Shown: one piece after another, positions 12,050 through 25,140 of the stretch
Layout: every line of letters begins with the position of its first letter
Numbering within the stretch: position 1 is the first letter of the stretch
The notes under the pieces: model-generated
Databases searched by the model: none
Seen by the model: the letters and a program-made list of their open reading frames with translations, nothing else
Told to the model about the DNA's origin: nothing
Translations under genes and position numbers: made by a program
NCBI RefSeq assembly: GCF_006345805.1
Contig: NC_043006.1
Location: 64,976,001 to 65,040,000, forward strand
Length of the DNA stretch: 64,000 nucleotides
DNA from: Octopus sinensis
Lineage: Eukaryota
Direction of reading: 5' to 3'

Positions 12050-12400
12050 CAGGGTCTAACTTGGGAAATTGAGCAACATGGCCAAATTGTTTGAGGTGGT
12101 TACTCCTGAATCCATACAATAACAGGATATATCCCAAGTTTCCGAAAAGAGTCATTGGTTGGATAGAAAATCTGACCAAGAGTGACCCATAATACTGCAA
12201 AGCATCCTGGTATCAAAGAAGTTCAGGACCACATGTTACATGGTCATGGCTGATGAGGAAGGATCTCAGAGAGATGGGGACTTACTCAAACTCTGTTCAA
12301 TGGGTTGCCCAAGAGGACCTGGGAATACACCAATAAATGGTGAATGCAGCAATGGCGCAGGCTCTCCTCATCCACTGGCCTGGTCATTTTATCAGATGTT
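12050..12400 (+). mobile_element. Decayed RTE-type LINE 3' fragment
   Basis: Translates to CLRWLL...WLMRKDLREMG...VQWVAQE...MVNA, resembling the RTE C-terminus (RLRW...KDL..MG...AQDR..W); contains stops. Confidence 0.5.
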
Positions 12401-12880
12401 CTAATGATTCTGTCTGTGTTATCCTTAAACAATTGTTTCTAATACAGATAGACACAGCCCTAGAAATTTAAGAAAGGGGCTTAATTAATACTAATGAGCC
12501 CAGAAACTGACTGTTACTTTATGTCATCAACCTGAGAAAGATGGAAGGCAAAGTTGATTCTGGCACAACCAGAATTTAAAAAACAAAGGGACAAAACAGA
12601 TACTGCAAACGATTTTGGTTGATGCTCGATCGAGTCTACTGATTAACTGCCATTGAAATTATAATAGAGATTTCTAGCATAGTTGGTAAGCATTTGTTTA
12701 GTTAAATGAATGTATACAGAGTAGAAAACTGGTGTGATGATAATGATGTAAGGGGTCTTCAGCTTTGAATGAAACCATCCCACAGAATATGTGTGTGTGT
12801 GTGTGTTAATGTTGTTTATAATAAAAACAATTTTACATTAATCTGTGGAGTTACTCTATACTTTTCTTAAGTACAGATTC

Positions 12881-12979
12881 ATTATTCTTAAACAAGAATA
12901 TTGACAATGACTTTGATGTTTGGCTTAACTGGTTAAAACTTCGAAGTCACTGTCAATAATATTCTTGTTTAAGAATAAT
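12881..12979. repeat. Imperfect 99-nt hairpin
   Basis: 12881-12900 pairs perfectly with 12960-12979; the upper stem has G:U pairs and bulges. Confidence 0.85.
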
Positions 12980-13185
12980 AAAAATAGATAGATGAGCATA
13001 CATGTCTTTATTTCTGCCAAACTGTATATAAAATGGTTCTTTTTTTTAAATATTTTTATTTCAAGGAGTCTTCAAAAATCTGTGCTTGTCTTCATTTCAA
13101 TTTTAAAGTGTTCAGTAGATGAGAGATAAATGTTTTGAAATGGGAACCTGGCCTATCTCAACTCTCAGATCCTTGTCATGTAGGT

Positions 13186-13495
13186 CAGTGGTTCCCAAAC
13201 TTTTTCGGACTGCCACTCCCTTGACACCTAGGCCAAATTCCTAGCGCCACCACCCCAACTAACCATCACAAACATAGACCTCTTTCTGAAGCAAATTCAA
13301 AACAACTGTATTTCACAAATAAAATATAACCCAATGAACCCATCATTTTGTTGTTTTTACATGAATTACCACCCCATTATCACCCCAATTTTTACATGAA
13401 TCACGACCCCATTATCGCCCCACTTTCCTTCAGCACCTCCTAGGAACTTTTCACTGCCTCCAGGGGGACAATACTACCCACTTTGGGAACCACTG
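13186..13495. mobile_element. hAT-superfamily MITE
   Basis: 14-bp TIR CAGTGGTTCCCAAA and a perfect 8-bp TSD ATGTAGGT (13178-13185 and 13496-13503). Confidence 0.92.
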
Positions 13496-13605
13496 ATGTA
13501 GGTGAATGGGAATGCTTACAATACAGCCTGCTGTTCAAATACACAATCCCACAACACTGAATTGAACTACCAGCTTTATGAAATGGAGTTCACTCAAGCA
13601 CTTAC

Positions 13606-13641
13606 TTGCAACCAGTCAGAGGACAATTTTCACAGTTTTTC
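13606..13641 (-). CDS. Candidate 36-nt exon
   Basis: TTTGCTCAG acceptor (weak pyrimidine tract) and AA|GTAAGT donor; phase-2 reading KNCENCPLTGC. Confidence 0.15.
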
Positions 13642-14001
13642 CTGAGCAAACATGTATTCTGTATTTTTGCCTTGTTCCTTTTTTTTTTTTTTTTAATTTT
13701 TTGATGGAGACAACTGACTCTCCTCATCTGTAATGTCTTCAGACAAAACAAAATATTTCATTTTAATTTATAAGCTTTAACTGCACTGAAGGTCTAGTGA
13801 AATTCATAGACCTTATATCTACTATAAACACACACAGGGGACATCTTAAGGCATAGGCACACTGGGCTGTTGCCTGTGGGCCTTCATGGATCCAAGGGTC
13901 CAATTCTGATCTACACATGCTGGGGTGTTGATGTCAATAATATTATAGGGTCTAGCACAATGATTTGCCCAGTTGAGGAAGTGTGGAAATATGGTATATA
14001 C

Positions 14002-14045
<44 letters not shown>

Positions 14046-14046
<1 letters not shown>

Positions 14047-14211
14047 TGTATTTTAACATGTATATGGAATCCGTTTTTGTCAAAAATTAGGTGAAAAATA
14101 TGGGAGTTTCTTATACATGGACAGTATTATAATCCCTTACAAAACCTTTTTTCCAAATTTTAAGCCGCCCCCCACCAAATTAGGGAGTTCCTTATACATG
14201 TTAAAATACAG
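14046..14211. mobile_element. Small MITE in TA context
   Basis: TIR TGTATTTTAACATGTATA / TATACATGTTAAAATACA. Confidence 0.7.
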
Positions 14212-16149
14212 TATATATTTAAATCAGGTGCGTGGCTTAGTAGCTAGAGCAGTTGGCTCATGATCATAACATGACGAATTCGATTCCTGGCAGGGCATTG
14301 CATCCTTGAGCAAGACTCTTTATTTCACATTGATCCAGTCCACTCAGCTGACAAAAGTTAAGTTGTACCTGTATTTCAAAGAGCCAGCCTTGTCACATTC
14401 TGTGTCATGCTGAATCACCCTGAGAACTATATTAACAGTACATGTCTCTGTGGAGCACTTGGCTACTTGAACATTAATTTCATGAGCATGCCATACCATT
14501 GATCAAATCAACTAATGGAAAGCTTGGCCAATCAGGCATTGCTGTGTGGGTCAGAAGTGCTTCCCAACCACATAATTTCAAGTTTAGTTCTACAACACAG
14601 CACCTTAGGTGTCTTCTACTTTAGCCCCAGGTCAAACAAAGCCATCTGAGTGAACTTAGATGGAAACTGAAGGAAGCCTGTTAAATATATAAATATATGT
14701 GTGTGTGGTGGTGAGTGTGTGTATGTTTGGAATCCCCTTGTCTTGACATTGCATGATAGCCGTCAGCGTCATGGTCATACAAGCAGTATCATGCATTTGC
14801 GATATTCTGTGAAAACATGCCTGGCCATGGGGAAAATATTACTTTGCTTGGAAACAAGTGAGGGTTAGTGACAGGGAAGGCATCTGGCCATAAAAAATTT
14901 GATCCAATACACAATCCAACCCATGAAAGCATAGACAATTTAGTGTTAAAATGAAAACAAAAATGGTATATCACAAAATGTAGAAGCTACAAAAACCTGG
15001 ATTAACCACACAACAAGCAGTAGTCTGGTTAAGGTGCATGGTTTAGAGGTTAGAGTGTTGGACTCTTGATTGTAAGTTTGTGGTTTCGATTCCTGGACTG
15101 GGCGATGCGTTGTGTTCTTGAGCAAAACACTTCATTTTCCGTGGCTCCAGTCCACTCAGCTGGCAAAAATGCATACCACTGTGACAGACCAGCATCCAGT
15201 CCAGGTGGGGAATTCATACGCCATGAAACCAGGAAACTGGCTATTATGAGTTGGTATGATGCAAGAAGGTAACTTTACTTTTACTCTACAAGAAGTAGTA
15301 GTCTGGAACCTTAACCTCACAGCTAAAAATACCCTATGCAAGCACTGATATTTTCAGAGGTGAATTATTCAAACCCCTACGAATTCTTCTCAACACATGG
15401 CCATGATGCTCCCCCACCACTTCTGCTCACAATCAGCCACTAAAGGACATGCTCAACCAGTTATGGTCAAACAAATGACAAGCAAATCTATGGTAATGAG
15501 CAGAATATTTGTTGAACCCATATTTTACACCAAGACAAAACATGTACATGTCAACACCTCCAATCAGTTAAGATTATTATTATTATTATTATCATTATTT
15601 AGGATTGTGAATTGGTGGGATAATTACAATGTCCAACAAAAAATACTTTCCCATTATCTATTCTGGCTTTTTATTTTCTAGATTCAAATCCTGCCAAGGT
15701 CGACTTCGTCTTGGTATCACTAGGGTCCACGGTATCAATTCTCCCACTTCCCTCAAAATTCCTGGCCTTGTGCTTAAATTAGAAGCAATTATTATTATTA
15801 TTATTATTATTATTATTGCTATTACTCTTATAAAGAAAGAAAAGGCAGTGAGTTGGCACAATCATTAGCATGCCAGGCTAAATGCTTAGTGGTATTTCAT
15901 CTACCGTTACATTCTGAGTTCAAATTCTGCTGAGCTTGATTTTGGCTTTCATCCTTTCGAGATCGATAAATTAAGAACCAGTTACAAACTGGGGGTCGAT
16001 GTAATCAACTTAATCCTTCCCCCAAATTTGAGGCCTTGTACTTCTACTAGAAAGGACTATTATAAAGAAAGATGTTGATTAATGGAAAAGCAGGAGAATG
16101 CAGGATTAAAATAAATAGATGGAGGAATATGTGTGTGTGTGTGTGTGTG

Positions 16150-16200
<51 letters not shown>

Positions 16201-17820
16201 CTACACATAGACACAGAGAGAGAAGTATATACATATATGTAAATGTGTATTATATATATATATAAATATATATACACACACATACATATAAACATATATA
16301 TGCATCAATACATACATATATACAAATTTCTACCTATCCACATATACATATAGATGTACACACATAGATAGATGGATAGACAGAATGATAAAGAGAGGGC
16401 GGGGGTATAGTTGGGGAGGTACAGAGGCTTTAAAAGACAATTTGCATTTGCTGCAGTGTCACAGCCGAAAAAATAACAAAATACAAATAGACATAAGCAG
16501 GAGGTGTGGGGACAAGGAAGGTGTGTCTAATTAAGAACAAAAGTAATTACTTGTAATATTTACAATTCATAAGTGCAAATCAATATTTGGTACAACTTGA
16601 AGAGAGCCATTAGAAGGAACTTAAATTAAAAAAAATTTTTTTTTAAATAAACAAAAAAAATACACACATTCACCAGAAAAAAAAATTCAATAGACAAAGT
16701 TATTAATTATGACATATTTTGGTCTAATTTCTGGGCTTAATATTTGTAATTTTGTCTTAGTTTTGTTTTTCTTTTTATGCACTACCACACCCATACAGAC
16801 ATAATATGCACACATACAAATACATGTAGAGATCAGCAGTAGAATTCATACTCTCTTATTTTGTTCCACTCACATCACAATAAAACAATTTTTTTTTTAT
16901 GTCTATTTTCCATATTTTCAAAGAGACTGTTTTTTTTCTTTTTTTTCTTTTTTTCTCTAAATTAGTTTTTTTTGTGTTTTGGTAAAATTTTTTAAAACTC
17001 TCATTACAAATAATTTGTATGCTGTTTGTTTAATTATTATTTTTTTTTCTTTATGCGGTTGATTTTTTTTTTGTTTTGTATTTTTCATTTTCTTTTTTTT
17101 TATGCTTGTTTAAACTTTTCTCTTCACGTGCAAAGACAAAAAAAAAATTAATATCCAAATTATTCTGAAAATGTTAAGTTGTTAGAAAAAAAAATGTGAT
17201 AAAATAAATTAAAAAAAAGATAAAGAAAAGGAGAAAGACGAAGAAAAGTCTGCCAAATTAACGGCACAAACATTCAGTTGTAGAGACTTACAGAGACACC
17301 TGGCAGCTAACAGCAATATTAAAGCCAAAGAAAGATGATGACGACAGCGGATCAAATCTTACGTCACAGCCAGGGTTATTTTTTGAGGGCTACGGGGACG
17401 GGGTAAGTAGGTTTGTTGTTTGGGTGTATTTGCGTTTCCTTGTTTGGCTTGTTTTTAGTCACAACAAATGGTAGGTAATCCAAGTTTGGCAGCATTGACT
17501 GTCGCAGAAGTAAAAACAGGATGAGGAGGACAATGAAGAACAGCAATGGCAGTATCATCATCATCTTCTTCATCATCTTCCATTGTGGTATATCATCATA
17601 ATGTTGTTGGTGGTGGTGGTGCAATAAATATCCAAATATGGCATTCTTGACACTTCGAAGGTTAAGTAGCAATCTTAATATCTCAATAATAAGGCACAAA
17701 AGATCCACTCTTGGATTGGATTAGGTTTTTTTTTCTTTTTCTTTTTTTTTCTTTTTGGTCATCTTAAGAAATGCAGATATGTTTAGTTTCAAAAAAAAAA
17801 ATTGAAAAATTCCCATACCG

Positions 17821-17862
17821 TATTCTTACCTGGAAATACAAAGAAAAACATATTGTCATTAG
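17821..17862 (-). other. Strong 3' splice site immediately followed by GTAAGA
   Basis: Minus strand CTAAT (branch point) ... TGTTTTTCTTTGTATTTCCAG|GTAAGAATA. Confidence 0.55.
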
Positions 17863-18959
17863 TTTTATAAAAATTGTTATTGTCATCATGTTATACACAT
17901 TAAACTCTTGGGAATGAAAATCAAGGAAACATAACAAATACAAAAACAGAAAGAAAATCTTCAAAACAATATCATCTCAGATTTGTTTCATTATTAATTT
18001 ATTCTAAGTCTTTTGCTGGTTTCAGCCAGTAAAAGAATGAAGCTAGGGTTGAAATGGTATTCATTATAAAGAGACTTTACATGATGGTTGGTTATGTCTA
18101 CAGAAATGTTATATGATTCAATTTTGGCATCATCATTGTCATTTAATATCCACTTTTTCATACTTGTATGGGTTGAAGAGAATTTGTTAAGGTAGCTATT
18201 TCACACCCAGATGCCCTTCTTCCTGCAACTCTCACTAATTAACCAAAATACTGAGAGAGTGTGTTTGTGTTAAGTTTGTAAATAAACTGACATGACTATC
18301 TACTATAATAATACTTTTGTGTTTTTCTCTGTCAGCACATATGAATGAGAAAGAAAGGGGTGATGGATGAATAAGGAAGGGGGTGATGAAAAACTTGGTA
18401 GTGGGAGTGTTTCAACTCTGTGCAAGTGTATGTGTGTGTGCGCAATGGAAGTGGGATGGTAGACATTCAATGCTGAAAAGGAAAATCAAGCAGCATTTCA
18501 ACTCTGTGTGAGTAGATGTGTGTGTGTACAAGGGAAGTATGTGAAAGTTTATAAGTGTGAACCAGCTTTCTTTCAGCAAGAAATGATGATCAATGTCACA
18601 TCTCAAAAGACAACTGCTTGATAAAATTGATAAATGTATTAATTTGATTTACCATCCATATTTATATATAAAATACTACAATTAGGCCATCATTTTTGAC
18701 AACACGGGGCCCATCACCAATGCAGGTTGATTGTTGCTTTGTTGAACCAAAGGAAACTATGTTACGACAGCATACACTAAAGAGGTGGTGGATGAGCAAG
18801 CAAACAAGTCTGCTTATCAGAGTCACCTGGCTAACGATGGGTTTTAAAAAATCTAAGGAGAAAACACAGACATTTTTGTTTCTTTCAACAACACAAAGAT
18901 GCAGTTACTACACATATCAAGAAAATACTTCTTTATGGAACAGCTGAAGAAAGACGAAT

Positions 18960-19283
18960 AACCTCTGATCAAAGCCATTATGAAATGGCTAAAGTAAGAC
19001 CAATAGCCTATAACCAAATCCATCATAAAAACAGGTGAAGTAAGACCAATAACTTTTAACTAAATCTATTATAGAAATGGTTAAAGTAAGATCAATAACC
19101 TCTAACCAAAGCCATCTTTGAAACAATTGAACTCAGACTAAAAGCCTCTAACCAAATTTATCATGGAAATAGCTAAAGCTGGATGAACAACCTCTAACTA
19201 AATCCATCGTTAAAACAGCTCAATTAAGAGTAAAAACCTCTCACCAAAGCCATGGTGGAAATATCAAATATAGACAAATAATC
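18960..19283. repeat. Degenerate minisatellite, about 46 bp x 7
   Basis: Units begin AACCTCTAACCAAA(G/T)CCAT and recur every 45-47 bp. Confidence 0.85.
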
Positions 19284-20284
19284 TCAAACCCACTACAGAA
19301 TGAAAAAAAGCAAACAAGTGTCTACATGACTAGAAAAAGCAGTTTAATTGCCCTCAAATTACAAGCCACAGTCTTAAACAACAAAAGGACACATTGAATA
19401 ATGTAGTCCTAGGTACACTTTCCTCCATCTGATGGTTGATCAACAATTTGTTATATTCAAGTTTAAAATCATTATCTTTATTACAAGGGTTGATACAATA
19501 AGAACTGGGAGGTGGGTGTGATAGAAATGGTTGTTAACCTCTCCGATCAAGCAGTTGTACCTTGCACTTCAGAAGGTGTATAGCCTAATGGTTGGGTTGC
19601 TGCACTCACTACTACCGTAAGGTCATGGTTTCAATTCCTGGATCACACAGCACATTATGTTCTTGAGCAAATCACTTCATATCACGTTGCCCTGATCCAT
19701 TCAGCTGTAAATGTGTTCCAGTAATAGCTGGGAAGTGAACTCTGCAACAGACTAGCATCCCATCCAGGGTGAGGAGTGTGCTGTAATCTCAATCACTTAT
19801 ACACCATAGAAGCCAGGTTTAACCCTGGCCCTATGAGTTGTAGGGCTCATGACAGACCCTAAGATTTATGTTAGATATCATTATTCTTAGGTAGAATGTT
19901 CATACAATTATTAAAGCACAAAATACCTTGCAACATTTACGTATGACCATTTGTTCTACATTCAAATCCTGTTGAGGTCAACTTTACCTATGGACACAAG
20001 CTATAACTCAACTAGTCAGAGACATATGTCTTTGGATTGTGCCTAGTTATGTGGCTGATTATTTAAGTCCCATTGATCTATCATGGTGCTATATACTGAT
20101 AACAATGATACCCACCTCTTCTACAACATTAACACTGTATGTTGACTTTGCCTTTCATCCTCTTGGGGTTGTTAAAGTACCAGTCAAATAATGGGGTGGA
20201 AGTAATCAACAAGCTACCTCTCCCAAAATTTCAAGCCTCAAGCCAATAGAAGACAGAACTATTCTTTTTTTTCTGCTCAAGGGA

Positions 20285-21180
20285 CAAGGCCTGAAATTTT
20301 GGGGGAAGGGGCCAGTCGATTAGTTCGACCCCAGTACACAACTGGTACTTAATTTATCGACCCCAAGAGGATGAAAGGCAAAGTCAACAACGGCGGAATT
20401 TGAACTCATACGAAATACTGTTAAGAATTTCGCTTGGCGTGCTAACATTTCTGCCAGCTTGCCGCCTTAGAAGACACAACTGTTATTATTATTATTATTA
20501 TTATCATTATCATTAGGGAAGGTGGCAAGCTGGAAGGATTGTTAGTATGCTGAACGAAATGCTTGGTGGTATCTCGCCCACTGCTACGTTCTGAGTTCAA
20601 ATTCCGCAGAGGTTGACTCTACCTTTCATCCTTTCGGGGTCGATAAGATAAGTACCAGTTGAACACTGGTGTCAATGTAATTGACTCATCCCCACCTCCC
20701 CCAAGCTGCAATTGTGGCAAAAATTTGAAATAATTATTATTATAATAAGGCAATGAGCTGGCAGAACGCTTAGTCCACTGGAAAAGATGCTTAGTAGTGC
20801 TTTGTCTGTTATTACATTTTGTGCTCAAATTCCACTGAGACCGACTTTGCCGTTCTTTCTTTTGGGGTCAATAAAATACATAGCAATTGAGCATGGGTGC
20901 TGATGTAATCGTCCAGCTCCCTCCCAGAAGATTCCAGGCCTTGTGCCTATAATAACAAGGATTATTATTATTGAGCTGGCAGAATTGTTAGCATGCCAGG
21001 CAAAATGATTCGTGGTGGTTCAGTCTGTCTTTACATCCTGATTTCAAATTCTACCAAGGTCAACTTTGCCTTTCATCCTTTCAGGGTTGATGAAATAAGG
21101 ACCATTTGAGCACTGGAGTCAGCATAAACAACCAGGACCGCTCCCCAAATTTCAGGCCTTGTGCTTATAGTAGAAAGCAT
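20285..21180. mobile_element. Family A SINE cluster (one minus copy head-to-head with three plus copies)
   Basis: Minus copy at about 20285-20470; plus copies at about 20520-21180; a family B copy follows at about 21215-21575. Confidence 0.85.
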
Positions 21181-22288
21181 ATCATTACTGCCCTGAGCTG
21201 GTAAGAATGTTGTAGGCACAGGCGTGGCTGTGTGGTAAGAAGCTTGCTTCCCAACCACATGGTTCCTGGTTCAGTTCCACTGCATGGCACCTTGGACAAG
21301 TGACAAATGCTATAGCCTTGGTTCAACCAAAGTCTTGTGAAAGAAGCCCATTGTATATATGTATATGCTTGTGTGTCTGTGCCCCCCCCCCCCCGCACCA
21401 TTGCTTGACAACCAATGTTGGTGTATTTACGTCCCCATAACTTGGTAGTTCGGCAAAAAGTGACCAACAGAATAAGTGCTAGGCTTACAAAGAATAAGTC
21501 CTGGGGTCATTTCTTTGACTAAAGGCAGTGCTCCAGCATGGCCGCAGTCAAATGACTGAAACAAATAAAAGAAATGTCAGAAGAATGCTGAATGGTATTT
21601 CTTTCAGCTTTTATGTTCTGAGTTCAAATTACAAGGTGAACTTTGCCTTTCATAAAATGAGTACCAGTTGATCGTTAGGGTCAATATAATCGATTACTCC
21701 CCTGTACCCATTATTAGGGTGTTGCTAATACTCAAGGTACTTATTTTATTGATCTGAAGGACATAGATGATCAATTATATCATTTCAAATTCCCTTTTAT
21801 GTAAGTTTATGTCACCATGGCTAATCTAGAAATGACCACCCTCGGGTGGCAAGCTGCCTTTCATCCTTTCAGGGTTGATATAATCGACCAGCTGGCAGGA
21901 TTGATAGCACACCAGACAAAATGCTTAGCAGCATTCCTTCTGTCTTCAAATTCCATTGAGGTCAACTCAAACACTGTGGTCAATTTAATATTTCTATAAG
22001 CATCATAGATTCTGTTAATGGAATTTGAACCTGGAACATATACAGTTGCCATCTGCCAAATTCACTCAAGTGTAACCTCTAAAAGCAGTTACAAACAATT
22101 ACAGCGTTTATATTACAAGTTCAAATCAGTTTTTGCTTTCGATCTTTCTGAAGCACTCAAATACTGTGATCAATTTAATATTTCCATAAGCATTATGGAT
22201 GCTGTTGATGGAATTATAACAAACAACTAAAATCAAGAACAAGACTTTTATCAATAAAAGACTTTATAATTCCACTAGTTTGATTAAT

Positions 22289-22414
22289 CTTTAGTATGCT
22301 TATGCAGATCATGTCACTGTATGAGTTTTCTCCCCTGTAGCTACAGTTACATTGTATCACACTGAGAGGGGAGAAAATTCATACAGTGACATGATGCACT
22401 TACAGCATAGTAAA
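22289..22414. repeat. Fold-back hairpin with a 29-bp core stem
   Basis: 22308-22336 pairs with 22367-22395 (one G:U); the outer stem is imperfect. Confidence 0.9.
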
Positions 22415-25140
22415 GGTTACCAAGAATGAAACATCTAAAGACAACATTAATTCAAATTTTAGTGGAATTACGTTTCCATCAAATTTCTGGGGTGTGAGGA
22501 GTAAAATGGGAAGCTGTGGCACAAAATCACTTATCAAAGAAAAGGTTTAAGGAAGTGAAGTGAAATTATTCCATCTGGGAAGTGAAACATTGATCATTGG
22601 AAGTTCAACTCTGTATTAAAAGACTTTTGTGCATAGACAAACAACTAATATGAAACGATTCATATGTAAACTGAATGTTAGCTTCTATCATCATAACATT
22701 TACTTTTCCATGCATGGGGAAGAGTTTACTGAGGTGGATTATCTATGGTTGGAATGCCCTTCCTGTCACCAAGCAAGGTAACATTTCCCTATGGCCAGAC
22801 ATGTTCTTACAAAACACTGGAAAGGAATGACACTGTTCATATGACAGTGACTCTCATTTACTGCCACCACACAATGCCAAGACAAGGAAATCTCCGACAC
22901 ATACATACAACCATACACGATGGCCTTCCTTCAGTTTCCACGTACCAACTCCACTAGCCCATGGTGGCATGCAGTAGGATTGAACATGGAATGATATGTT
23001 TGGGAACCAAGGTTCGAAACCAGCCACATCTGTGCCTTCTGTGATTAAGTTTATACTTGTACAAGACCCAATAATTAGAAAGCAGAAGGCAGAGGGGAGA
23101 CAGACAGAGAATACTGTTATATTGTGGTGGTAATGCTTTTATGAAGAAAATTAATTAACAAGTAAAACTAGAGAAATATGACAGCAGTCTTTGATTTCAG
23201 ATACAAGAGTTGCCTGGTTTAGAGGTCAAACCCACAACCATTTATAATCTTAAGTGTTAAGTAATCAAGACTTCACCAAGATGGCACATATATCTTATCA
23301 TTGTTTCAATCATTGGATTGCAGCCATGTAGTTGCACATTTCAAGATGTTTAAAAATTAAACAAATCACCCCAACCTCCACTCCAGTACTCGTTCCTTTT
23401 TTAAAATTTGATACTTACTCTGTTGTTCTCTTTTGCCAAACTCATACATTAAGCAAATGTAAACAAACCAACACTGGTTGTTGAATGACGGGGGGGGGGG
23501 GGACAATGACAAATACAACACAAAAGTACATACACGCTTCCTCACAAGGCACTTATTATTATTTCTTTATTGCCCACAAGGGGCTAAACATAGAGCGGAC
23601 AAACAAGGACAGACAAAGGGATTAAGTCGATTACATCGACCCCGAAAGGATGAAAGGCAAAGTTGACCTCAGCGGAATTTGAACTCAGAATGTAACTGCA
23701 GACAAAATATCACTAAGCATTTCGCCCAGCGTGGTAACATTTCTGCCAGCTCACTGCATTAAATAGAAGACACTTCTCCAAGATGCTGTGCAGTAGGAAT
23801 GAACCTGAAACCACACAGTTGCAAAGCAAGTTTCTTAACCACACAGCCATGCCTGCACCTATATGTAATATACAGTTTGAATTGTTATTGTCTTACAATA
23901 CATGGTACAGCTTGTTGGTGTATTGCAATACACATGAATATAGTGTCATTGAGTCATCAGCTGTTCTGTATTTCACAGTATCACTTGATGCTATTCTGCT
24001 ACTGCTTGGCTTGCTAATGTAACACAATACGCAGTGTGCATTCTCAGAAAACTTGAACTTGGCTTGTCTCCTAACCAATGCTCTGTTTCTGCTGATCCAT
24101 GAAAAATTCAGACTACACCAATCAAGGACACAAAGACTGACAGAGAAGTTTGTGGAAGCTCAAATTAGCGCTTAATGTTTCCATCTTCAAATCTTTCAGA
24201 TTGAAAGGCTGCAAAAGCTAATTAATAACTGGGTCTTTAGAGCATTAAAGTTGCATGCCTGGAAAACTGGGTTCAATTTCCACATGGCTCTCACTAGTTT
24301 TTTTCCCTTTCTATTAGCATTACAGCGTCTGTGAAGTTAAGCTCAAATACTGATTGACAATAAGGTCATGTGTTCAAACCTTAACAGAACTAATTGTTAC
24401 TTGCTTTAATCAGCTAAGGCTGTCAGTGGATGTGAAGTTAAGGAGCTGGACTATTGAGTAGAAGGTGATGGGTGCTAAATTATGCTACAGGCCTAGCCAT
24501 TATCCACAGGATTATCAATAATGTAGCTCTATAAAGTCATGGCTACAAAACTCTGATGGCAAACAGGTAGAACCAACAGCATATTGGTCAAAATGCTTGG
24601 CAGCATTTCTTCTGGCTCTTTACATTGTGAGTTCAAATCCTGCTGTGGACAACTTTGCCTTACATCCCTTGGGGGTGGTGGTGATAAAATAAGGTACCAA
24701 TCAAGTACTGTGGCTGATGTAAATGACTTGTCCTCACCCCTCAAAATTCCTAGCCTTGAACCCTGCAACAAACCAGTGACCCTTTCAAGAGGGATTGTTG
24801 TGATCTTTGTCACTTAAACGCACCATGGAAATTGGGTAAACTGGACAATGTATCAGTGTGAACCATCACCTAATCCTGCTACAGTGTGCTCCATCAAGGA
24901 GAGGAGCAATAACAGTTTTAATTAAGAATAAAGCTATTGCGTCATGCTTAACAGACATACCATACTGTCTCCCCTCCATCTGTGAACGGCATATCAACAT
25001 GTATTCCTATTATTCCTACTACAAACTGGCTCTGGGATCAGAAAATAACTTAATCTTTGCTTGGCTTTATTCCCAACAGAATATGCTGTCCATTTTTACC
25101 TCAATGGAAGGATTTATTAAAATAACTAGTTTCTCCATTA

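Noticed and set aside
17376-17708. 110-aa ORF with a hydrophobic stretch (possible membrane peptide)
   Set aside because: Built from CAC/GAT/ATG low-complexity runs, has a non-ATG start and no upstream acceptor.
18960-19283. CRISPR-like array
   Set aside because: Eukaryotic context, the units are diverged along their whole length with no unique spacers, and there are no cas genes.
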